A DNA stretch of 43,602 nt. Source: Planctomycetota bacterium (lineage in GTDB: Bacteria; Planctomycetota; PLA2; JAEUHO01). Positions 6,475 to 14,142 of the stretch are shown here, piece by piece. Location of the stretch: the NCBI GenBank assembly GCA_027625315.1, contig JAQBWE010000001.1, forward strand, positions 1 to 43,602. Direction: 5' to 3'. The notes under the pieces are model-generated. The model had not been told where the DNA came from and did no database searches. It saw only the letters and a list, made by a program, of their open reading frames with translations. Each line of letters begins with the position of its first letter. Positions within the stretch are counted from its first letter, which is position 1. Position numbers and translations under genes: made by a program.

Positions 6475-7551
6475 GTGGCGCAGATCCTGCATGTGAGTTG
6501 GAGCGCGATCGACCGCCAGGCAGAGGACTTGGCGGCCGCGCTCCGGCGGCGCCCCGAGGGCGGGATCTTCGACCGGGTCATCGCGGTCTCGCGCGGGGGC
6601 CTGGTGCCAGCCGCCCTCCTCGCGGCGCACCTCGGCGTCCGGCGGGTCGAGTCGGTCCAAGTCCAGGCCTACGACGGAACGGAGCGCCTGTCGGAGCTCC
6701 GCTTGCTCGGCGCGGCGCCAGTGGCCGCCGGGCCGAGCGGCGACCCCCGTCAGACGCTCGTCGTGGATGAGATGTGCGACAGCGGCCGCACGGGCGCGTT
6801 CCTGCATGAGCTCCTACCCCAGGCCTGCCAGGCCGCTCTGGTGGGACGCGGGCCCGCGCACGACCGGCCACAGGTTCGGTCACTCGGTGGCGGGGGGCAG
6901 ATCTGGCTCGCGACCTCCGTGGAGGGATCGGCGTGGCTCGTGTTCCCGTGGAGCCCCGCGGAGGATCGGCTCGGCTCAGCGGGGGAGCTCGGCGCGCCGC
7001 CTTTTCGGCGGTTCTCCACGGAGGACCTCGTGGCCTCGCGCCCCCCAGCAGACGCGCGCGCATCCTCGCGACTGCCCGTCATCGTCGCGCTCGACAACAT
7101 CCGCTCCGCGATGAACGTCGGACTCGTGTTTCGCGTATGCGACTGCGTCAACGTGGAAGCTCTCTGGCTCGGTGGCATCACGGCCTGGCCGGGCGTGAGC
7201 GAGCACGCGACGAATCGCATCGGCAAGACCGCTGTGGGGGGGAGCCTCGAATCCGTACCGTGGCGGCACGTGCCTGACCTCGTACCCGAGGTCGCGAGGC
7301 TCAAGGCTGAGGGTTGGCGCGTCGTGGCCCTCGAGCAGGGGTCTGGTAGCCAGCCTTGGCGGGCCGTGGACTACGGTGCGCGCACCGTGCTCATCCTGGG
7401 TCACGAGCGCGAAGGCGTGCAAGACCCCTTGCTTGAGCTCGCTGACGCCGTCGCCGAACTCCCGGTCCGCGGCATCACAAACAGTCTGAACGTCGCCACG
7501 TGCGCAAGCGCCGTGCTCTACGAGTTGCTCGATCGCCACGAGGGGCGCTAG
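6475..7551 (+). CDS. Fusion protein: Gpt-like purine phosphoribosyltransferase domain + SpoU/TrmH (SPOUT) RNA 2-prime-O-methyltransferase domain
   Basis: The N-terminal ~165 aa align by eye with E. coli Gpt (VIAVSRGGLVPAALLAAHLGV, PRPP loop LVVDEMCDSGRT, LVFPWS). The C-terminal ~155 aa carry SPOUT motifs (NVGLVFRVCD, LILGHEREGV, NSLNVATCASAVLYEL). It is one uninterrupted ORF. Confidence 0.75.
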   Translation: MAQILHVSWSAIDRQAEDLAAALRRRPEGGIFDRVIAVSRGGLVPAALLAAHLGVRRVESVQVQAYDGTERLSELRLLGAAPVAAGPSGDPRQTLVVDEMCDSGRTGAFLHELLPQACQAALVGRGPAHDRPQVRSLGGGGQIWLATSVEGSAWLVFPWSPAEDRLGSAGELGAPPFRRFSTEDLVASRPPADARASSRLPVIVALDNIRSAMNVGLVFRVCDCVNVEALWLGGITAWPGVSEHATNRIGKTAVGGSLESVPWRHVPDLVPEVARLKAEGWRVVALEQGSGSQPWRAVDYGARTVLILGHEREGVQDPLLELADAVAELPVRGITNSLNVATCASAVLYELLDRHEGR

Positions 7552-8546
7552 TCCGGGACGACCGGCGGCGGGGTGTCGTCCTTGGGCTTGCGGCCCTTGC
7601 CTGCACCGGCCTTGCCTTCACCGGCCTTGCCTTCACCGGCCTTGCCCTCGCGTTCCTTCTTGGCGCGCTCCCGGTCGGCCTTCTTGGCGCGAGTGGCCTC
7701 CTCGCGTTCGGCGGCCTCCTTGGCCTCCGCCTCGCGCGCGGCGCGCAGTGCTTCAAAGTCGAAGCCCTTCTCGTTCTCGCGCCACCACGCGCGCCAACGA
7801 TCCGCGTCGCGACCCGCCTGCCGGTTGTCCTCGTCCGGCGCCGCGCCGGTGAGCTGCTTGAGGCCCTTGCGGGCTAGATCGCGCGCCTTCTCACGACCGC
7901 CGCGGCGGCCCAAGGCGAGGAAGTCGATGAGCCCTTCCACGGACTCCTTGGCCGGGATGGCCGCGACCGCCTCGATGCTCGCCCGGATGACCTCCAGGTC
8001 GGTGTCGTGGTCGATGCCGCCCAACAGCGCCCGCACAGAGGCGGGCTGGTCAAGCCGACCGAGCGCGGCGATGGCTTGGAGATGCTCATCGCGGGCCACG
8101 CCTGGTTTGGCTAGGCGGGGGAGGCGCGCGGCCAGGGCGGTCGCGGCCTTCTTGCGGTCCCCCTTGTCGGTCCGGCTCGCCAGCGCCTCGACGGCGGCCT
8201 CGCGGACGCCCCAGGTGTCGACGGAGAGCAACTTGATCAAGGGACTGGTCAAGGACTCGTGCTGCAGTCCCGCGGCCGCCTGGATGGCCTCGACACGGGC
8301 GGCGACGTCGGCGTCCTTGGCCTGCCAGGCGTCGATGAGGGCCGCGGCCTCGGCCTTGGGATCCGCCGCCGGCGCGTCCTCCTCCGCGCTGGCAACGGAC
8401 GCCGTGAAGACGACGGCGAGGGCCAGCACTGCTGGGGCCAGCACTGCTGGGGCCAGCACTGCTGGGGCCAGCACCGACCAGGCCCAGCGCCCGCTTCGAG
8501 GCTCGCAGGGAGTACGAGGGGTTGAGCAGATGGTCGCGCGGGGCAT
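7548..8546 (-). CDS. Secreted or membrane-anchored HEAT-repeat protein with a Lys/Glu-rich C-terminal tail
   Basis: HEAT/PBS-lyase-like repeats (VREAAVEALA..., LEVIRASIEAVAAI). Hydrophobic N-terminus ending ASVASAEE. The start was set at the internal ATG 8546, because upstream ORF residues lack a coding character. Confidence 0.65.
   Translation of the reverse strand: MPRATICSTPRTPCEPRSGRWAWSVLAPAVLAPAVLAPAVLALAVVFTASVASAEEDAPAADPKAEAAALIDAWQAKDADVAARVEAIQAAAGLQHESLTSPLIKLLSVDTWGVREAAVEALASRTDKGDRKKAATALAARLPRLAKPGVARDEHLQAIAALGRLDQPASVRALLGGIDHDTDLEVIRASIEAVAAIPAKESVEGLIDFLALGRRGGREKARDLARKGLKQLTGAAPDEDNRQAGRDADRWRAWWRENEKGFDFEALRAAREAEAKEAAEREEATRAKKADRERAKKEREGKAGEGKAGEGKAGAGKGRKPKDDTPPPVVPD
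7591..7650. repeat. 15-bp in-frame tandem repeat x4 (ccggccttgccttca)
   Basis: 7606-7620 and 7621-7635 are identical and the flanking units are degenerate. It encodes (KAGEG)n in the tail of the HEAT protein. Confidence 0.9.
8421..8475. repeat. 15-bp in-frame tandem repeat x3.5 (ggccagcactgctgg)
   Basis: 8421-8435, 8436-8450 and 8451-8465 are identical. It encodes (VLAPA)n, which forms the hydrophobic core of the signal/anchor of the same HEAT protein. Confidence 0.9.
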
Positions 8547-8646
8547 GGGGTGTCCTCCGGGGCCTTGATACCCGCTCCGGACACGGGGGTCGCGGGTGCC
8601 GGGCGGCGTAGCGTGCACTATCCTCCTCGAATCACCCGGAGGCGAG

Positions 8647-9825
8647 ATGAACGATTCCCTAAGCCCGACGGCCGAAGAACAGGCCGAGCTCGTCGCTACG
8701 CGGCGCGACATTCACGCCCACCCCGAGCTCAAGTACGAGGAGCAGCGGACGTCCGGCCTGGTCGCAGAGAGGCTCAGTGGACTGGGCTACAGCTGCCAGA
8801 CTGGGGTCGGCCGCACCGGGGTGGTCACAGTCCTCGAGGGCGAGGCCGACGGCCCGTGCGTTCTCCTCCGAGCCGACATGGATGCGCTGCCCCTCCAGGA
8901 GAAGAACGAGGTGGCCTACGCGTCGAAGACGCCTGGGGTCATGCACGCGTGCGGACATGACGGTCACACGGCCATGGGGCTGACGGCGGCACGCATCCTG
9001 CGGCGTCTTGGGCGCCCGGCGCGGGGCCGCATCAAGTTCATGTTCCAGCCCGCCGAGGAGGGTGGCAACGGCGCCGTGGCCATGATCGAGGACGGCGTGC
9101 TTGAGAACCCGAAGGTCGATGCGGCGTTCGGGATCCACCTCTGGAGTCCGCTGGAGGTCGGCAAGGTGTCCATCGTGGACGGCCCCTTCATGGCGTCCGT
9201 GGATGAGTTCACCGTGCGGGTGCTCGGCACCGGCGGGCACGGCGCGATGCCGCACCAGACGCGCGATCCGGTGCTGGCCGCTGCCCACATCGTGACGGCA
9301 CTCCAACAGATCGCGGCGCGCAACGTGAGCCCGCTGCAGGCGGTGGTCGTCACCGTGGGGGCGATCCACGGTGGCGAGGCATTCAACATCGTCCCGGACG
9401 AGGTCGTGTTGCGCGGAACCGCGCGCAGCTTCGATGAGGACGTCTGGAAGGCGCTTCCCGATCATCTGGAGCGCGTCGTCACCCACACGGCCCTGGCCTT
9501 CGGCTGTAAGGCTGAACTCCAGATCCAACGCATGATGCGCCCGACGATCAATGATCCCGCGATGGCCGAGCTCGTACGCGAAGTGGCCCGAGAAGTCGTC
9601 GGACCGGAGAACATCATCAGCGAGGGCACGATGGGCGGCGAAGACTTCGCCGAGGTGCTCGCCGTCGTGCCGGGCTGCTACTTCTTTGTCGGCGCGCGCA
9701 ACGAAGCGACCGGCAAGATCCACCCGCATCACTCGCCCTACTTCGATATTGACGAAGACGCGCTGTCCATCGGCGCGCGTCTCCTCGTGGGCGTGGCGCA
9801 GCGCTATCTCGCCCACGGAGCCTGA
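8647..9825 (+). CDS. M20D family amidohydrolase (N-acyl-amino acid / hippurate hydrolase-like)
   Basis: MHACGHDGH and QPAEEGGNGA metal-binding motifs. Start at the internal ATG 8647, preceded by GGAGGCGAG. Confidence 0.85.
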   Translation: MNDSLSPTAEEQAELVATRRDIHAHPELKYEEQRTSGLVAERLSGLGYSCQTGVGRTGVVTVLEGEADGPCVLLRADMDALPLQEKNEVAYASKTPGVMHACGHDGHTAMGLTAARILRRLGRPARGRIKFMFQPAEEGGNGAVAMIEDGVLENPKVDAAFGIHLWSPLEVGKVSIVDGPFMASVDEFTVRVLGTGGHGAMPHQTRDPVLAAAHIVTALQQIAARNVSPLQAVVVTVGAIHGGEAFNIVPDEVVLRGTARSFDEDVWKALPDHLERVVTHTALAFGCKAELQIQRMMRPTINDPAMAELVREVAREVVGPENIISEGTMGGEDFAEVLAVVPGCYFFVGARNEATGKIHPHHSPYFDIDEDALSIGARLLVGVAQRYLAHGA

Positions 9826-9832
9826 AGGCGGA

Positions 9833-10564
9833 CTACGCCTCTGCTACCGGCGGCGCACTCAGTTGTGGGAAGATGCGCGCGAGGGCCTCGGCGGCGGGTG
9901 CCCGTAACACCGTGTCGTACAGATGAGACACCGGCGTGGCCTGCGGATTGATCTCGATCGCGCGAGCACCGCGCTGGGTGGCGAGTCGGGGCAACTCCGC
10001 CGCGGGATACACGACGCCCGACGTGCCGATCGAGATCAGCAGATCACACGTCGCGAGCGACTCCATCGCCCGCTGCACGGCGGCCGCGGGCAGGGCGTCA
10101 CCAAACCACGTGATGTCGGGTCGTCGCCACACTCCGCAAGTGCCGCAGCGCCTCTCTGAGGCCGGCACGCTGAAGTCCGGTCGGACCCGCGGCGCACACC
10201 GGCATCGCACGCGCCAGATGCTGCCGTGGAGTTCCACCACATCCTCAGCGCCAGCCCGTTGGTGCAGTCCGTCGATGTTCTGGGTGATCACGCAGGTGGC
10301 GGCGTGCGCCTTCTGGACCGCCGCCACGACGAGGTGGCCGCCGCCCGGGGCGGCCGCGGCCATGCGCTTGCGCCGCTCGTCGTGGAAGTCCCAGACGCGG
10401 TCGGGATCGGTCTCGAAGGCCTCCTGGCAGGCATACGTCTCGTAGTCGTACGACGCCCACACGCCGCCCGCGCCGCGGTAGGTGGGAATGCCCGCCTCCG
10501 CCGACAGTCCGGCGCCGGTAAAGAAGACAATGGCGCGGTAGTCGTCGAGCGCAAGGGCCTGCAC
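9833..10564 (-). CDS. NAD-dependent protein deacylase, Sir2 family (sirtuin 1)
   Basis: GAGLSAEAGIPTYRG, TQNIDGLHQRAG, catalytic ELHGS, and a Zn ribbon CxC...CxxC. GTG start at 10564 was chosen because the Arg-rich ORF extension to 10777 overlaps the AAA+ gene. Confidence 0.8.
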   Translation of the reverse strand: MQALALDDYRAIVFFTGAGLSAEAGIPTYRGAGGVWASYDYETYACQEAFETDPDRVWDFHDERRKRMAAAAPGGGHLVVAAVQKAHAATCVITQNIDGLHQRAGAEDVVELHGSIWRVRCRCAPRVRPDFSVPASERRCGTCGVWRRPDITWFGDALPAAAVQRAMESLATCDLLISIGTSGVVYPAAELPRLATQRGARAIEINPQATPVSHLYDTVLRAPAAEALARIFPQLSAPPVAEA

Positions 10565-10602
10565 GGTCCCAGGGTACCCTTGCGGCCGGAGGCCCGACCC
10601 GG

Positions 10603-12096
10603 ATGATCGATGCCCAGCGCGAGCTCGACCTGCTCCTGCGGGCGCGGCATCCCTTCGTCGCCGTGCGCGGCGCCGACGAGGCGCGGATTGAGGGCTTCCT
10701 GCGCGCCTCGGCCGAGCGCCTGCGCATGCCGTTCTACATTTGGAGCGTGACGCGCGGTATGCGCGTGGCCGGTTCACTCGCGCAGCCGACGCGCGGAAAG
10801 ACCCTGGACGAAGCCCTCGACGTCGTGCGGCGACAACCGGGTCCCGGCCTCTACCTCTTCCTGGACCTGCAGGCCTGGTGGGAGGAGCCGGCCACCCTGC
10901 GGAGCCTGCTCGACGTGGGCCGCTATCTGGAGCTTGACCACCGCGCCCTCGTGGTGGCGGGCCCAGGCCTAACCATTCCCGAGCGCCTGCGGCACCTCTG
11001 CGCGATCTGGGACTTGCCGCTACCCCGGCGCGACGAACTGCATACGCTCGCGCAGCGCGTCATTCGCGATCTCGGTTCGCACGGCCCCGTGCAGGTGCAT
11101 CTGGACGCGGCCGGCTTGAATCGGCTGGTGGACAATCTGCACGGCCTCTCCGGCATCGAAGCCGAGCGCGCCCTCTGCGCCGCCATTGCCGACGACCTGG
11201 CGCTCACCGAGGGCGATCTCGAAGGCGTGCTGGAGGCGAAGCGGCGTGTCCTGCAAGAAGGCGGGGCGCTGGAGTACATCGTCACAGAGACCGGTCTCGG
11301 CGACGTGGGCGGCCTCGCCAACCTCAAGGCGTGGCTGCTTGAGCGCCGCGACGCCTTCGGCGAGCGCGCGCGGGCGTTCGGACTGCCCCCGCCAAAGGGT
11401 CTCGTCCTGCTCGGCGTGCAGGGCTGCGGGAAGAGCCTGGCCGCCAAAGCCATCGCCTCGTCGTGGGGCTTGCCGCTCTTGCGCATGGAGGCCGGGCGGA
11501 TCTACGACAAGTTCATTGGCGAATCCGACAAGAATCTCGAGCAGGCGCTGCGGGCGGCGGAGCACATGGCGCCGTGCGTGCTGATGATCGACGAAATCGA
11601 GAAGGCGTTCGCCTACGCGGGCAGCACGGACTCGGACGGCGGCCTATCGCGCCGTCTCTTTGGGCGCCTGCTGGGTTGGCTGCAAGATCGACCCGCGCCC
11701 GTGTTTGTTGTCGCTACGTGCAACGACGTGAGCCAGCTGCCGCCGGAGTTCATTCGCAAGGGACGCTTCGACGAGATCTTCTTCGTGGATCTGCCGACGC
11801 CCTCGGAGCGGCGCGCGATTTTCGACGTTCACCTGCGGCGTCGCGGCCGCGACAGTGACACGTTCGACCTCGAGGCCCTGGCGAAACACTCCGCTGGCTT
11901 TAGCGGCGCGGAGATTGAGCAGGCCATTGTGGGTGCGCTCTACAGCGCGTTTTCCGCCGGCGCTGACCTGACGACCGAGGGCGTGATCGCTGAGCTGCGC
12001 CGAACCCGGCCCCTGTCCGTAACCAGAGCCGAGGATGTGGCCGCCTTGCGAGCCTGGGCCGCAGGTCGCACGGTACCGGCCGGGGCGAGCGCGTGA
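10603..12096 (+). CDS. AAA+ ATPase, Ycf46-like (single classical AAA module, ~240-aa N-terminal domain)
   Basis: Walker A GVQGCGKS, Walker B VLMIDEIEK, SRH/Arg finger FIRKGRFDE. The N-terminus (ELDLLLRARHPFVAV...FYIWSVTRGM) resembles what I recall of cyanobacterial/plastid Ycf46. Confidence 0.8.
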   Translation: MIDAQRELDLLLRARHPFVAVRGADEARIEGFLRASAERLRMPFYIWSVTRGMRVAGSLAQPTRGKTLDEALDVVRRQPGPGLYLFLDLQAWWEEPATLRSLLDVGRYLELDHRALVVAGPGLTIPERLRHLCAIWDLPLPRRDELHTLAQRVIRDLGSHGPVQVHLDAAGLNRLVDNLHGLSGIEAERALCAAIADDLALTEGDLEGVLEAKRRVLQEGGALEYIVTETGLGDVGGLANLKAWLLERRDAFGERARAFGLPPPKGLVLLGVQGCGKSLAAKAIASSWGLPLLRMEAGRIYDKFIGESDKNLEQALRAAEHMAPCVLMIDEIEKAFAYAGSTDSDGGLSRRLFGRLLGWLQDRPAPVFVVATCNDVSQLPPEFIRKGRFDEIFFVDLPTPSERRAIFDVHLRRRGRDSDTFDLEALAKHSAGFSGAEIEQAIVGALYSAFSAGADLTTEGVIAELRRTRPLSVTRAEDVAALRAWAAGRTVPAGASA

Positions 12097-13322
12097 GTCG
12101 CCGCGCGCTCCCGCTGGTCGTACTCGCGGGCCTGCTGGGTGGCCTGACGGTGCTGTTCCTCGTCCAGGGGGGCGAGCGAACCGAGCCGCCGGCGCCGCTC
12201 GTCGGGGGTCCACTCGTTTCTGCGGCAGCCCACGTGGTCATGCTGGACGACGGACCCGACGCCCGCCTGACCGCCCAGCGACTCGTGGACAGTGTGATGG
12301 ACGCGGCGGTGGGATCCGCACGCGCGCCCGTGTTGGAGGCGCTTCGCCATCCCCACGACGCGGCGCGCTGGCTGGGCTTGCTCGCGGTCCCGCGCTACGG
12401 CCCGCCCGATGAGGAACTGACCGCGGCGCTGCGACCCCTGCTGACTTCAGAAGCTGTGCGCGTAAGGCGGCTGGCGGCCAGCGCGTACGGCTACCTGGGC
12501 GAGGCGTACCACGAGGTCGAAGACGACCTCGTGGCGGCCGCGGAGGATCCGGACGCGGAAGTCCGCGCGCTTGCGCTGGCGACGATGTCGTCCCGCACGC
12601 GGCGGGCGGCAACCCTCTGGCCGCAGATCTTGCCTCGCACCGCTGACGAGGCGTCGGCGGTGCGGGCGGGCGCAGCCAAGTTGCTCGCCCGCATCGAACT
12701 GCGGGAGGCGCTTGCACCCGGCGACATCGCCACGGTGCGAGCGGCCCTTGTGCCCTTGCTGGCCGACGAGCACGACGAGGTCCGTATGTATGCCGTGATG
12801 GCTCTCGGCCGAGCCGGTGAGTACGCCGCGCCGGACGTACCCACGATGCTGCGTATGCTCGCTGACCCCAACGCATTGGTGCGGGGTACGGCGGCGAATG
12901 CGGTGGGGGATATCGGCCCGTCGGCGCTGCCCGCAATCCGAGCCGTGCTGCCCAGCGCAGGGCCGGAGCAGGCCGCCTCGCTGTTGTGGTCGCTGCGGCT
13001 CATCGGCGTGGCGGCGATTCCTCTGCTGCGGGAGGTGCTGGCGCGGCCGGAGGCAACCCTGCAGGTGCAGGCGGCCCTGAAACTCTGGGAACTCGAGGAG
13101 CCCGTAGAGCCCACCGTCGCCGTGCTCCTCGCGGCACTGCAAAACGAGGACACCGACGCGGTGAGATTGGCGGCGCGCGGCCTCGCGCGGCTTGGCACGG
13201 CGGGTGCACCGGCCCGGGATCAGCTCCAGTCGCTCCTCAGCCATCAGGACGAGGTCGTGCGGAGCGCCGCGCGGGCAGCCTTGGAGCGGATCGGCGGCGA
13301 GGCGGAAGAGGGCGACCGTTAG
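12093..13322 (+). CDS. Membrane-anchored HEAT-repeat protein
   Basis: One N-terminal TM helix (LPLVVLAGLLGGLTVLFLV) followed by multiple HEAT-like repeats (DPDAEVRALALATM, DEHDEVRMYAVMALG, DPNALVRGTAANAVG, HQDEVVRSAARAAL). The GTG start overlaps the AAA+ stop (GTGA). Confidence 0.75.
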   Translation: MSRRALPLVVLAGLLGGLTVLFLVQGGERTEPPAPLVGGPLVSAAAHVVMLDDGPDARLTAQRLVDSVMDAAVGSARAPVLEALRHPHDAARWLGLLAVPRYGPPDEELTAALRPLLTSEAVRVRRLAASAYGYLGEAYHEVEDDLVAAAEDPDAEVRALALATMSSRTRRAATLWPQILPRTADEASAVRAGAAKLLARIELREALAPGDIATVRAALVPLLADEHDEVRMYAVMALGRAGEYAAPDVPTMLRMLADPNALVRGTAANAVGDIGPSALPAIRAVLPSAGPEQAASLLWSLRLIGVAAIPLLREVLARPEATLQVQAALKLWELEEPVEPTVAVLLAALQNEDTDAVRLAARGLARLGTAGAPARDQLQSLLSHQDEVVRSAARAALERIGGEAEEGDR

Positions 13323-13504
13323 CCCTGGGCAGCCGATCGCACACATCGTTTCGCATTGCACGATTTGTTTCGCCTGTGGGGACGCCGCCGGGCGGTCGGC
13401 GCCTTGATCGGGGCGGCGCGCGGCGGCACAATCGGGCTCCGCGGTAGGCGCCGCTGTCCCGGCACGGCGCTTGATGCCTCGGGCTGCAAAGGGAGGCCAC
13501 CGGT

Positions 13505-14086
13505 ATGGAGCACGCCGTCTACTTCTGGACCGCGCTGGTCGGGTGCACGCTGCTTGTGATCCAAGTGATCCTGCAGGTGCTGGGCCTGGGCGGCGACCAC
13601 GAGATGGATTCCAGCGGCCCGAATGTGGACACCGACGCCCACATGGACGCGGGCGATCCGGCCCATGGAACCCAGGGGAATGTCTTCTTCGGCATTCTCT
13701 CGTTCAAGGCCATCGTCGCGTTCGCCGGCATCTTCGGCCTGACAGGCCTCAGCCTCGAGGACGCTGGCTACTCCGACTTCCAGCGCCTGGCGATCTCGAT
13801 CCTCGCGGGCCTCAGCGCGATGATCGTTGTCGCGTTTCTCATGCGGATGCTGCACAACCTGGGCTCTTCGGGCTCGCTGGTCGTGAGCAACGCTCTGGGC
13901 CACAAGGGCCAGGTGTATCTGCGCATTCCTGGCCACGGCGAGGGTCGCGGCAAAGTGACCATCGAAGTCCAGGGTCGTACTGTCGAGCTTGACGCCGTGA
14001 CCGATGGCGAACCCATTCCGACCGGCAAGATGGTCAAGGTGATCGAGATTGTTGGCGCGGAGACCCTCAAGGTCGCCACCATCTAA
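13505..14086 (+). CDS. NfeD-like membrane protein (YqiJ family, C-terminal OB fold)
   Basis: Multiple TM helices plus a C-terminal NfeD-type beta domain (GQVYLRIP...GKVTIEVQGRTVELDAV...VKVIEIVG). It sits directly upstream of a flotillin gene, as in yqiJK. Confidence 0.75.
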   Translation: MEHAVYFWTALVGCTLLVIQVILQVLGLGGDHEMDSSGPNVDTDAHMDAGDPAHGTQGNVFFGILSFKAIVAFAGIFGLTGLSLEDAGYSDFQRLAISILAGLSAMIVVAFLMRMLHNLGSSGSLVVSNALGHKGQVYLRIPGHGEGRGKVTIEVQGRTVELDAVTDGEPIPTGKMVKVIEIVGAETLKVATI

Positions 14087-14107
14087 CTTCAACTACTTCG
14101 CTAGATT

Positions 14108-14122
14108 GCGGCCTCAGGCCGC
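14108..14122 (+). other. Intercistronic GC hairpin between the NfeD and flotillin genes
   Basis: gcggcc-tca-ggccgc (6-bp stem), followed by a GGAAGGA RBS and the GTG at 14143. Confidence 0.4.
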
Positions 14123-14142
14123 GCCTTACGGAAGGATCCTAC

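Noticed and set aside
7591-8475. 15-bp tandem repeats (and the 18-bp repeat at 4301) as possible CRISPR-like or satellite arrays.
   Set aside because: The units are contiguous without spacers, only 3-4 copies long, in frame and inside coding sequence. No cas genes are present.
9833-10777. Longer N-terminal extensions offered by the ORF track for several genes: Sir2 to 10777, ECF sigma to 27359, tricorn-like to 31694, ROK kinase from 31285, ABC ATPase to 36607, YtxJ-like to 34109, membrane protein to 40565, and the lipoprotein from 5239.
   Set aside because: The extensions are Arg/Pro-rich, overlap neighbouring genes or intergenic repeats, and precede internal starts that have good RBSs and give family-typical N-termini or signal peptides.
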